DNA of 63,373 bases, counting the filler, from Chiloscyllium plagiosum (Eukaryota), in NCBI RefSeq assembly GCF_004010195.1. It is 4 parts of one record of this genome, joined end to end, with 100 filler letters (N's around TTAATTAATTAA, not from the genome) between each part and the next. Parts side by side here need not be neighbours in the genome. Positions count along the whole stretch, not along the records: positions 11,167 to 27,696 come from NC_057715.1; 3 more parts are not named here. One strand, written 5' to 3'. Position numbers and translations under genes: made by a program. Position 1 is the first letter of the stretch; every line of letters starts with the position of its first letter. Below the pieces are notes generated by a model. The model ran no database searches and had not been told where the DNA came from. It saw nothing but the letters and a program-made list of their open reading frames with translations. Of this stretch, positions 11,167 to 23,599 are shown in pieces.

Positions 11167-11410
11167 TTCTTCACCCAGAGAGTGGTGGCTGTGTGGAATG
11201 CTCTGCCCCAGAGGGCAGTGGAGGCCCACTCTCTGGATTCATTTAAGAAAGAGTTGGATAGAGCTCTCAAAGATAGTGGAATCAAGGGTTAAGGAGATAA
11301 GGCAGGAACAGGATACTGATTAGGAATGATCAGCCATGATTATATTGAATGGCGGTGCAGGCTCGAAGGGCAGAATGGCCTACTCCTGCACCTATTGTCT
11401 ATTGTCTATT
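11167..11410 (+). mobile_element. CR1 LINE 3' end
   Basis: FFTQRVVAVWNALP... followed by a (CTATTGT)n tail. Confidence 0.85.
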
Positions 11411-13569
11411 ACAATTTTCCTGCTACCAGCAGTCTGATTCTCCATGGCACCTACCATCTTGCTTAGTCTAGCTAATTCCGTAAAATCTCTGCCTCGAAAT
11501 CAGCTCTGTGGATGAAACCTCAAAACAGGTTCTGCTATGCCAAGCAGGGAAGAGAGTGTTTGTTATTGGTTCATCCCCAAGTAGAGTACCGGGAATGTGA
11601 ATCCTTTTGAAGAAAGGATTCTCCTTGTGGCAGAGGGTTGCAGATTAAAGAGTTAGCAGTTGGTGTCTTGCTCCTGGAAATCATATGAGCATGCTCAGAA
11701 GGGGACACTGTTTAAAAAGGCACTGGAAGATTCATCCTGATAAAGCTGGTAGGGACTTGGGGACTTTAAACAAACTTCAACATTTCTGCTGAAAGTGCCG
11801 CGTAATGTGTGAGTATAGAGGCGTTTCAGCTGTGAGAAGTTAATAGAGAATGCTTTTTCATGTTACTACAGCTGAAAATCATGAAATCTTGTCATGTAAT
11901 ATTTTGTTTTGCTCACTGGTAAATCCACACATTTTCAAAAAGAAACATTGTTGACTCTCCAGGAATTGTAACACGTGTACAAACATTTACAACCTTCCAC
12001 CTAAACAATATAAAAATAAATGTTCCATTTTTTGGCCAGTTCACAAAATTTACAGTAATTCTCTTGAATGGTCCCATCGCTTTGGTTTAATCTTTGTCCT
12101 TTCTCCAAATAAGGTCTCAGTTTTGGCCTCCTCACATCAATAGAATGCATGTTTCATGCACATTTGACTTAGCTTGCTTTGCTCTATACATGAATTACTC
12201 CAAGTTTCCCTTGCACTCTAGCCTTGAAACCTTTAGTTTTCTTCTCCAATTTTTCCCCAGTTTCTCCAGTCCCAAATTCTGTTTGATCACTCAGATTCCA
12301 TTATTGGTGCCCATGCTGTCTAACAGTAGAAATGTTTCTATCTTTACAGTCAGTTTTCCACTTCTTTGCAAAAGTGCCATGTCATTACCATTAGGAAAAT
12401 TATACCCCAAAAGCCTTTTTCCTTGAAAAATATTGTCCCAATAACAACCTTCCCTTCACCTCAAAACTTATTGTAGTCTTTCACCAAAAACATTTGTATC
12501 ACAGTTTAAAGACACGGCTTGAATGTTTATTGACTCTCGTTACTACATAGACGTGCATTAATAGACTTGGGCTGAATTTAAATGTCCAAGAACAGGTGTC
12601 AGGTCAGATCTAAATGTTAGAAACCTGAAAGCTGTCACCAAACAGCCTCTAACAAGTTTATCTAGCATTTAGCAGAGGCAAGATAAGGGAAAGATAGCCA
12701 ACTTTTGTAAAAGGAGTTCCAGACTCAGCTGAGTGAACCTTAACATTCTTTATTGACATAACTACTTGCAGAGGATGCTAAGAGATAAGATCTTATCTAG
12801 ACGTCAACTGACCCAGACTCCAATTCCATGTGATCCTTTCCCACATGCTTGTTATCTGTCCTTAGAGTGAAGGTTTGATTCCCTTTACTTTATTACAATC
12901 TACCTTCTTTCAGCAATTTTACTATGTTTATCAGACATACAACCTGGTGGAACCTGGTCTGTAGCCTTAACAGTGGTAAAGCATCTTTCCCAGGGCTCAG
13001 CACATCTGGTAGCTGAAGTCTTAAAGCTGTAGACCAGGATGAGCAGGAGTATATCAACTCCGTAACTCACAAGCTTGCTTCAATCTCACATAATACACTC
13101 TAGAGTCAAGGGTCACACCCCGTCCCCATCTCACCATCTCCTCCCACCCTCACCTCCATCACAGAACCAAGATCTGACAATGGTCAGAAAATGCTTGACT
13201 CACCCTGTGTCAAAATCTTACAAATTGACTTTTGGCTGAGGAAGGATGTATGCTTTGGATTAAAATTTCTTAACAAACGGAGAAACCCTGACTTATACAG
13301 ACTTACACAGTCTTTGGCAACTTTCCCCTATTAAATCCCAAGCCCTGTTTATGTGGATAAATGGAGCTTATTGAGGAAGTAATGTCAGCTCACTTTTGAT
13401 GTTATCAATAAATTTAACATTAATGGCAGAAGCATCCCAAGCCTTTATTGTCTTTCATCAATAAAAAGTGATCCAGAAGAGATAGCTACAGAATAGACAT
13501 ATGAAAGGCTCAAAAATATTATGATGTCTAACAATTCATTCTTTTATGGGAGAGTTGAGCATTACTGAA

Positions 13570-13660
13570 ATTACTATCTTACAACAGTGGCTACACTCGA
13601 AAGGGACTTCACAGGCAGTGAAGCACTTTGGATATCCATCAAATAAATGAAAGTTAATTC
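13570..13660 (+). mobile_element. Deu-domain SINE 3' fragment (SacSINE1/AmnSINE1-like)
   Basis: TTACAACAGTGGCTACACTCGAAAGGGACTTCACAGGCAGTGAAGCACTTTGGA resembles the recalled Deu-SINE 3' region. Confidence 0.5.
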
Positions 13661-14967
13661 TTCCCTTTTTACTGCTCAGGGCTAGGAAATTGAGCTTCAT
13701 CAATTTATAGTATTACATAACATTCTCATTCATTTTACGAGTAATGATGCTTTTTTTTTTACCATTTTACCCATCTCTTTTTAAGCTGAGCCATAATCCT
13801 GAAAGTGCAAGCAACAATCTTTGCAGTTAACTATTTGGGTTTATTATCTATTCAGCTGAAGAAGGGTTAATGTTGTTGTTTCTTCAAAGAAAACTATACA
13901 ATTTTATTTAAAGTCATACATTTTCTTTGAAATTACCATCATGAAAAGCACCTAAGATATTAGAGTATTTTTTTCAACTCCTGTTGAAAATAAAATGCAA
14001 ATTAATGGTAACATGAATATGAATCATTCTTGTATGTGTTTTCTCTTCTTTCAGGTTGTGTTTCAGAGTGATGTAACATCCTCTTCAACCTCACTGAAGC
14101 TAGTATATGACTACTTTTCAAAGCTACAGGTGGTCTCCAAGTGTGGTACATCAAAGACAGTTGATTTAAACTAATAATGCTTTATCATAAAAACACAGGA
14201 ATCTTTGATACACTATGTACAAAGGTTTAATTATGTGAGATCAGAAGACAGTATAAGATTACTTGATTTCTGTCTGTCATTGATACTGAAATTACATTTC
14301 TGCTAGATATCAAGTTGAATTACATCTAAGCTTATGATACATATTCTATCTTTATAAAGACATTAGGAAAAAAATTGTGACATTGTCAGCGGGTCTAAAA
14401 AATGTTCTATCATTTTTGACAATCATGACTTACACATTCTGTTGTTTCTCGGTGCAATTTGTATTTTGAATATTGAAGCCCTGCTGAGAAAATGTCTTAT
14501 TTCTAATCCTAACATGTTACCATATTGTGTTGAAAAAACAATTCTTGTTTTTTTGTGTCAACATTATTTCATGTCAATAAAAGGTTGCTTTAGCTTTGCA
14601 CTGATGGAAGATGCACAACTTAACTTACTTTGAAGATATTTCAGCTTTGCAAATCATGCAAAACCATCCTAAGACTTTAGTCCAACAAGTAAATTTAGGT
14701 ATTATTTAGAAATATTATTAGGAACTTTGAGGAGCATGAGACATTTGAAAACAGAAGGCTCATGTGAATCTTTAGATTTATTGTCGATAACTACCTGTAT
14801 ACATCTGACGGTATAATGACATAGCTTCTGATGCATACGCTCAGTAGCTATAGTTAGAGTATTAGTTAGAGTTAACCCTTCACTCCCCATCTCACCTAGC
14901 ACCCACCCCACATGCCACACCCCGTAAGGCTTTAACATCATTAACCATTTACAATATTAACATTAAA

Positions 14968-15945
14968 GTGGTCAAGAAGGCATATGGTATGCTTACCTTC
15001 ATCAGACGGGGTATTGAGTATAAGAGCTGGCAGGTCATGTTAAAATTGTATAAGACATTGGTTCAGCCACATTTAGAATACTGTATACAGTTCTGGTTGC
15101 CACATTACCAAAAGGATGTGGATGCTTTGGAGACGGTGCAGAGAAGGTTTACGAGGATATTGTCTGGTATGGAAGGTGCTAGCTATGAAGAGAGGTTGAG
15201 TAGGTTAAGATTGTTTTCATTAGAAAAAAGGAGATTGATGGGGGACCTGATTAAGGTTTACAAAATCATGAAGGGTATAGACAGGTGGAGAGAGATAAGC
15301 TTTTTCCCAGGGTGAAGGATTCAATAACAAGAGGTCAGGCTTTCAAGGTGAGAGGTAAAAAGTTTAAAGGGGATATACGCAGCAAGTACTTTACACTGAG
15401 GGTGGTAGGTGCCTGGAACATGTTGTCAGCAGAGATAGTAGAGGCAGTCATGGTCGATTCATTTAAGATGCATCTGGACAGATGCATGAGTAGGTGGGGA
15501 GCAGAGGGATACAGAAGCTTTGGAATTGGGTGACAGGTTGAGATTAGATTAGATTCCCCACAGTGTGGAAACAGGACCTTCAGCCCAACAAGTCCACACC
15601 GATCCTCTGAAGAGTAACCCACTCAGACTCATTTCCCGCTGAATAATGCACCTAACATTATGGACAATTTGGTATGGCCAATTCACCTGATTTGCACATC
15701 TTTGGATTGTGGGAGGAAACCGGAGCACCCGGAGAAAACCCACACAGACATGGGGAGAGTGTGCAAACTCCACACAGACAGATGCCCAAGGCTGGAATCG
15801 AACCCGGGTCCCTGGCGCTGTGAGACAACAGTGCTAACCACTGAGCCACTGTGCCATCCATTTAGACAGTGGATTTGGATTGGCTCAGGCTTGGAGCGCC
15901 AAAGGACCTGTTCCTGGGCTGTAAATTTTCTTTGTTCTTTGTTCT
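14968..15945 (+). mobile_element. CR1 LINE 3' part, interrupted by a SINE at 15541-15858
   Basis: LYKTLVQPHLEYCIQFW...; same subfamily as 21830-22470. Confidence 0.9.
15541..15858 (-). mobile_element. HE1-like tRNA-derived V-SINE
   Basis: A box GGCTCAGTGG, B box GGTTCGATTCC, V-domain GTGTGGAGTTTGCAC.TCTCCCC, CR1-type tail with (AATCT)n. Confidence 0.9.
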
Positions 15946-17778
15946 CTTTATTTCTTTGTACTCCTGCTCTAAAGTCTCTGTTCTTTAAAAGATTAGGCTT
16001 CAGGGAGTTTCACGAATCTCCCCTAACTTGTACAAACACCTCATGAGATTGTGAAGAGTCAGCATATTCCAACCTCATTCTTTAATAGTTTTCATTTCTT
16101 ATCTCTGCAATTAATCGTTACTTAGCCATGGTGGGGGTGTTGGAGGGGAGAGGTTGGGGGTGGGGGGGGTGGGATCTAGAATGAGAGGACAGCCTCAGAA
16201 TGAGGGACAGGACATTTCAAAGTGATAGTGATAACAAGCAATTTCTTCCCTCAGAAGATGATCAATCCTTGGAATTCTCTCCGTCTGGGGACTTTTTAGA
16301 CTCATTGTTGAGTATGTACAAAAGATCGATAGATTTCCACATTTTAAAATCTTCAAAGGAAAGAGGGTTACTGCAGGAAATTATTATTGAAGAAGATTAA
16401 CCAGGATCTCATTAATGGCAGAGTGGGGTCAAATGGCTGACTAACCAATTCCAACTCTTATTTCTTGAGGATCAAGTATATCCTCCATCTTGCTGCTTTG
16501 TTATATCACTGGGTTTCTCTTCAGGCTTTTTTTGCCACCAGTTTTCTGGGTCTAGTCACCACTTGTGACTTTTACAAGAATATTAGGAACTACCTGGGAC
16601 ATACGAGGACTAGACATGTGGTTAGTGTGAACAGTTAACATTTATTTTCTATAAACGGTAAGATAAGAATTGCATAGCAATGCTTCCATTAGGTGTCAGT
16701 CTCATGCCATCCACTATAGCTCCATACACACATGGTTAGAATCTATTGTCAGAATATTGTCAGGCATAATGACAAGCAAGCTTTTACCCCACACTCCTGA
16801 CTGAAGGGTGTTGTGGAATTGACAGCATTTCTCAAACCTACTGACTATGAGCAACTGTATCAAATTCAAGAGCACCTTTAAAAGCTCTGAAATTAATCTA
16901 GTCTATGTATACTATTCTATACTGCTTTTAACTCTAAATTTGATTGCAGTGCAAGAATATTCATTTCCCCTTTTATCAGTTTTGTGCAACAAACAATCTA
17001 CAATAGTATACCTGAGCGATTGGGATAATCTCGACAAGTTTAAGTCAGGTTCCAAAAGCAGATAAGTGAATTTGCAAATGTTTCTTTCTCACTATGGGTT
17101 ATTAGGATCTGGAAAGCAATGCCTAAGTCATCATTAAAGCTGAATTAATAACAGCATTTGAGAGGAACATAGACAAACACTTGAAGAAGGAAACATTAGA
17201 AGTATATGCTAAGAATAAAGAAATATTTCTGATGTGGATTTAACCTGGTTCTTGCGCAATAGTCTGAGTCATCTCCTCTATCCTCAAATTTCACTGCATC
17301 TATTCTGCATAATTTCTGATTGACATGTAATAATTTTCTGCTTTGACCAAAATCTTAGACTGTAAACATTAATCTTCCCTTGTTTAATTCTATATTAATT
17401 GTCTTTGGCTATATGACTGAATAGGAACAAACTGAATCTGGAATTATCAGGTTAGGAAGTGAATATTTTGTAACATTTACATCTGTGGATAAAGGTGTAT
17501 CCAAGTATGTAAAGATTTGTTTGGTTTTATAATTTGTTGTAAGGCTTTTTAGATTTTAACATGATGGTAGAGAATGATTGTATAAATGATTTGAAAATAA
17601 GAAATCAAACATAAGTCTAAGGAGTGGAAAATGGCACAAAAATGGATTTAAATAGTTGGGGAATGAAAGCTCTCAGCTATTCAGCCTGCTCTCCAATATT
17701 CAGAGAATCTGAACTATATGGCCAATAGAAGAATGAATTCAATGTTGAGTCACCGAGACATAGCAAAGAACACGTGGC

Positions 17779-18080
17779 ATGGCGGCACAGTGGTTAGCAC
17801 TGCGGCCTCACAGCATCAGAGACCTGGGTTCAATTCCTGCCTTGCGCAACTGTCTGTGTGGTGTTTGCACATTCTCCCCGTGTCTGCGTGGGTTTCCTCT
17901 GGGTGCTCTGGTTTCCTCCCACAGTCCAAAGATGTGCAGGTTAGGTGAATTGGCCATGGTAAATTGACAATAGTGTTAGGTGTAGGGGAATGGGTCTGGT
18001 TGGGTTGCTCTTCGGAGGGTCGGTGTGGACTTGTTGGGCCGAAGGGCCTGTTTCCACACTGTAAGTAATCTAATCTAATC
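17779..18080 (+). mobile_element. HE1-like V-SINE
   Basis: Same head, V-domain and tail as the other copies. Confidence 0.9.
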
Positions 18081-18081
18081 A

Positions 18082-19010
18082 ATAGCGTAGAAACAGACCC
18101 TTCAGTTCAACTCATCCATGCCCACCAGATATCCCAACCTAATCTATTCCCATTTGGCCCATATCTAACCTAATCCTTCCTATTCAGATACCCATCCAGA
18201 TATCTTTTATCTGCTGCAATTGTACCAGCCTCCACTACTTCCCCTCGCAGCTCATTCCATACATGCACTATCTTCTGCGTGAAAAAGTTGCCCTTAGGTC
18301 CCTTTTATATCTTTCCCCTCTCACCCTACACCTATGCCCTCTAGGTCTGGACTCCCACACCCCAGGGAAAAGACTTTGTCTATTTATCCAATCTATGCTC
18401 CTCATGATTTTATAAATCTCTATAAGGCCACCCCTCAGCCTCTGATGCTCCAGGGAAAACAGCCCCAGCCTATTCAACCTCTCCCTATAGCTCAAATCTT
18501 TCAACTCTGGCAACATCCTTGCAAATCTTTTCTGAACCCTTTCAAGTTTCACAACATCTTTCCAATAGGAAGGAGACCAGAATTGCATGCAATATTCCAA
18601 AAGTGGCCTAACCAATGCCCTGTGCAGCCACAACATGACCTCCCAACTCCTGTACTCAATACTCTGACCAATAAAGTAAAGCATACAAACCGCCTTCTTC
18701 ACTATCCTATCTACCTGCGACTCTACTTTCAAGGAGCTATGAACCTGCACTCCAAGGTCTCTTTGTTCAGCAACACTCCCTAGGACCTTACCATTAAGTG
18801 TATAAGTCCTGCTCTGATTTGCCCTTTCAAAATGCAGCACCTCATATTTATCTAAATTAAACTCCATTTGCCACTCCTCAGCCCATTGGCCCATCTGATC
18901 AAGATCCCATTGTGCCTTCTTCATTGTCCACTCCACGTCCAATTTTGATGTAATCTGCAAGCTTACTAACTATACCTCCTATGTTCATATCCAAATCACT
19001 TACATAAATG
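18082..19010 (-). mobile_element. CR1 LINE 3' part
   Basis: ORF 18268-18960: WQMEFNLDK...LGVQVHSSLK...LEYCMQFWSP. Confidence 0.92.
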
Positions 19011-20989
19011 GCAATTGTATGCCTATAAAATGGGCCACAAAAATAACCTTGGCAATGACGATAACAAGAAATAACAAGAAAATAAAATATTTCATGAAAT
19101 GAATGCCTTCAATTTGATCGTGATGAAATTTGGGATTGCAGGATATTGCTACCATGTATAACGACTCCTGCCAGAGGATTCTGTGTCATGGTATATCCCA
19201 GTTTTCTGTCTTGCAGCATCCTGACACATATAGTGTAGTTCGTCTGCATCTACCCTGAGACATCCATTATCCAACTTCACCTGGGCTGACTGTTTGGCAC
19301 TTTCTCAGATGACATTTGCTGGTACTTTATGATATTTGCCAAGTCTCTCAGTACATGGTACTGGGTAAGGGTTATTTGAGATACCAAGCTGTGATTAACT
19401 TCTCTTTCACTTAGTTTTGTAATGGGCTATCTTGTGATTAGTGGTAGAAGATACACCACTCTAGAGTTGTGGCACTCTGGAGAAGAGGCACTGTTCTTAA
19501 ACAACAAGAAGGGATATGGCATGATAACAATAAATAACAGCTACATGTGGTCAGGCATAATTACTAAGATTTTAGGTAGAGACACATCTACTCCATTCAG
19601 GAGAGAGTAGAACTCTTTGCTTCCACCACAGGCTATGTGTTTGACACCAGTAGAATAGGTGGAGCCAATGTAACATGAACATTAACTCATTTAGAACCTT
19701 TATTTTGTACAACAAACTCTTCGCTCTGCTGTCCTCAACTTTGGAACTCTATAGCTTTGCAGCTTTGCTCAAACTAGTGAAATGTTGATATTATCCTTTA
19801 AGATGGCACTTTTGAAAGTTCTCTTTCATCTTGCTCTTTATTTGTCTTGAGGTCTATATATTAATTTTTAGCATAGGATTTAGATCCAGCTTTTAAAGGC
19901 CTCTATTTTCTTTCATAATTTTATTTATTGACCAGGCTTCTGAGGCATCTAGGAACATGAATGGAATGCAACAGCTTATAGGTTTGTTGCTTGAAACAAT
20001 CTTGAGTTTTCTTGTTAACACATCTTTCATCTTCAGAAAATTATTCCTATCTCAATCTCTTTCTTCCTTGATATTTCTCCATCACATCTGCGATCTTTTG
20101 TTATCATTGATCCTGAATAGATAAACTTATTTATGTAATCCAGATGACACAATCCACTTTGATCTTCACTCTAGCTACTTCTACTACATTCCTTCCAGTT
20201 ACTACTCAGTCTCAAGCTAGGGGGCTGATTATTTAGGACTGAAACAAGGAGAAACTTCTTGACTCAAAATGTGATGAATAATTGGAACGGTGTTTATACA
20301 CCAGAGAGTACAAATGTTCCATCATTGACTGATATAGCAAGATTTTTGGTTACTTTGGGAATCAAAGCAGAGCAGGCAGGAAAATAGAATTGAGCCAGAA
20401 AATCTTTGTTGACTGTATAAAATGGTGAAAAGACCTGAATGATCTATTCCTACTGCCATTTTATTGTATTGTGTAGTGTTGCAACTTTACAGTTGGACAA
20501 TGGAATTGAATGGGACACATTATGAGTGAACCTTACATCTGAGCATATTTGCATTGCAAGAGAGCTTAAAATGTATTGATACACAAACTAATTGTACAAT
20601 TCATAAAGGTAGATTTTTGCTAGGTACTGTTGTAAAGTGAACTGTGGGTACTCTGACCACCCTTGACCAATTTTCAGTAACCCTGTTTAATTCATGCCTG
20701 TTACGTAGTGAGACAGATGAAGGGTACAAGAATCAGGGGGAAATCCAACACAACTTTATTGAACACTTTATCAAGAGAAATAATATTTATCAGACTCTAC
20801 TACTTATACTTTAATTAAACTCTATCAAGCTCAATCAATCTTTTCACAAGTCTCTTCAGTATACAGTCTTAATTCTACACTAGCTATCTATTTCTGATAC
20901 ACACTTCTGAGGATTCACTTCATCCTATCCACAATCCCCTATTACTGTATTTGAGCTTTTTGAGTGAAAAACTGGTAATACCCATTCAA

Positions 20990-22470
20990 TAGAGACCAGT
21001 GAGCCTGATGTCAACGGTGAGAAAGTTGCTGGAGCCGGAAATGAGGGCTAAAATCTATTTATATTTGGAAAAGAATGGGCTTATCAGTGATAGGCAACCT
21101 GGTTTTGTGCTGGGGAGATTGTGCCTTACCAATTTAATACAGTTCTTTGAGGAAGTGACCAAGTTGATAGATAAAGGAAGGGCTGTAGAAGTCATATACA
21201 TGGACTTCAGTAAAGAGATTGATAAGGTTCCCCGTGGTAAACTAATGGAGAAAGTGAAGTTGCATGGTGTACAAGGTGTTCTAGCTAGGTGGATAAAGAA
21301 CTGGTTGAGCAACAGGAGACAGAAAGTAGTAGTTGAAGGGAGTTTCTCAAACTGGAGAAAGGTGACTAGTGGTGGTCCACAGGGATCAGTGCTGGGACCA
21401 CTGTTGTTTGTAATAGACATAAATGATCTAGAAGAGGGCATTGTTGGTCTGATCAGTAAGTTTGCAGAAGACACGAAGATTGGTGGAGTAGCAGAAAGCA
21501 TAGGGAACTGTCAAAGAATACAGGAGAATATAGGTAGAGTAGAGAGTTGGGTGGAGAAAGGGCTGATGGAGGTCCCTCCAGGCAAATGTGAGGTGATGCA
21601 TTTTGGGAGGTCTAATTCTAGAGCAAACTGTACTGTAAATGGATGAAGGGCTTTTGCCCGAAAAGTCGATTTTCCTGCTCCTGGGTTGCTGCCTGACCTG
21701 CTGTGCTTTTCCAGCACCACTCTAATCTAGACTGTAAATGGAAGAGGCTTGGGAAAAGTTGATGAGCAGAGGGTTCTGGGAGTTCAGGTCCATTATACCC
21801 TGAAGGTGGCTGCACAGGTGGATAGAGTGATCAAAAGGCATATGGTATGCTTACCTTCATTGGATGGGGTATTGAGTATAAGAGCTGGTAGGTCATGTTA
21901 AAATTGTACAAGACATTGGTTTGGCTGCATTTAGAATACTGTGTACAGTTCTGGTTGCCACATTACCAAAAGGATGTGAATGCTTTGCAGAGGGTGCAGA
22001 GAAGGTTTATGAGGATGTTGCCTGGTATGGAAGGTGCGAGCTATGAAGAGAGGTTGAGTAGGATTGTTTTCATTAGAAAAAAGGAGATTGAGAGGGGACC
22101 TGATTGAGGTCTACAATACCCTGAAGGGTATAGACAGGGTAGATAGAGATAAGCTTTTTCCCAGGGTGAGGGATTCAATAACGAGAGGTCATGTGTTCAA
22201 GGTGAGAGGTGAAAAGTTTAAGGGGGATATACACAGTACTTTACACAGAGGGTGGTGGGTGCCTGAAATGCGTTGCTAGCAGAGGTAGTAGAGGTGGGCA
22301 CGGTAGGTTCATTTAAGGTGCATCTGGACAGATGCATGTGTAGTGGGGAACAGAGGGATACAGATGCTTAGGAACTGGGCGAAAGGTTTTGACAGTGGAT
22401 TTGGATTGGCTCAGGCTTGGATGGCGGAAGGGCCTGTTCTTGGGCTGTAAATTTTCTTTGGTGTCTTTGT
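20990..22470 (+). mobile_element. CR1 LINE ORF2 3' half
   Basis: [19 protein letters not shown]...FAEDTK RT motifs; interrupted at 21644-21730. Confidence 0.92.
21644..21730 (+). mobile_element. 87-nt PLE family A terminus inserted in CR1 with 12-bp TSD
   Basis: TSD ACTGTAAATGGA at 21632-21643 and 21731-21742; insert starts inside the hammerhead core (TGAAGGGCTTTTGCCCGAAA). Confidence 0.85.
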
Positions 22471-22603
22471 TCTTTAATAAGAATGGGAAAGGCTGTTTCT
22501 TGGTCTTAGAAGGTTGGCTTATGCTTCAGGATCTGCAGTTATCGATTTGGGCTTCCCCTCTTGTCCAGAGTTGGTTCTGTTCGCCGAGCTGGAAGTTTTT
22601 GTT

Positions 22604-22643
22604 GCAAACGTTTCGTCCCCTGGTTAGGCGACATCATCAGTGC
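22604..22643 (-). ncRNA. Minimal hammerhead motif (family B)
   Basis: GCA-CTGATGA-T-GTCGCCT-AACC-AGGGGAC-GAAA-CGTT-TGC on minus. Confidence 0.75.
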
Positions 22644-22991
22644 TTGGGAGCCTCCTGCGAAGCGCTTCTTTGATGTTTCCTCCGGTGTTTATAGTGGTCT
22701 GTCCCTGCCGCTTCCGGTTGTCAGTTTCAGCTGTCCGCTGTAGTGGTTGGTATATTGGGTCCAGGTCGATGTGTTTGTTGATGGAGTTTGTGGATGAACT
22801 CTCAGGGGAATGTAGCATGAGCAGCCAAGTTTCTGGTACCGAGACTGACTCTAATGAAACAAGGGGTATGTTGTGGTTCTGTTCGCCGAGCTGGAAGTTT
22901 TTGTTGCAAACGTTTCGTCCCCTGGCTAGGCGACAGCATCAGTGCTTGGGAGCCTCCTGCGAAGCGCTTCATTGATGTTTCCTCCGGTGTT

Positions 22992-23135
22992 NNNNNNNNN
23001 NNNNNNNNNNNNNNNNNNNNNNNNNNNNNNNNNNNNNNNNNNNNNNNNNNNNNNNNNNNNNNNNNNNNNNNNNNNNNNNNNNNNNNNNNNNNNNNNNNNN
23101 NNNNNNNNNNNNNNNNNNNNNNNNNNNNNNNNNNN
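22992..23135. other. Assembly gap (N run)
   Basis: 144 N. Confidence 0.99.
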
Positions 23136-23559
23136 CAAGTAGTTGTTGTGCTTTTTGGATGTAATCAGATTTATCTAGGATGACCGTCATTCTGCCTTTA
23201 TCTGCTGGTGGTATGATTATGTTCTAATGTAGTGTACAAAATACCATGCAAGGACTTCACAAAACACTATATAGGACAAACAGGAAGACAGCTAACAATC
23301 CGCATATATGAACATCAACTAGCCACGAAATGACACGACCAGCTATCCTTAGTAGCCACACACGCAGACAACAAGCAACATGAATTCGACTGGGACAACA
23401 CTACTATCATAGGGCAAGCCAGTCAGAGAACAGCCAGGGAATTCCTAGAGGCATGGCATTCATCCACAAACTCCATCAACAAACACATCGACCTGGACCC
23501 AATATACCGGCCACTACAGCGGACAGCTGAAACTGAAGCGCTTCGCAGGAGGCTCCCAA

Positions 23560-23599
23560 GCACTGATGATGTCGCCTAGCCAGGGGACGAAACGTTTGC
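23560..23599 (+). ncRNA. Minimal hammerhead motif (family B)
   Basis: GCA-CTGATGA-T-GTCGCCT-AGCC-AGGGGAC-GAAA-CGTT-TGC. Confidence 0.75.

Noticed and set aside
15658..16046. ORFs such as MDGTVAQWLALL... recurring at each SINE
   Set aside because: Translations of HE1 SINE sequence, not genes.
16130..16175. G-rich run capable of forming a G-quadruplex
   Set aside because: Low-complexity sequence beside a decayed CR1 tail; no supporting context.
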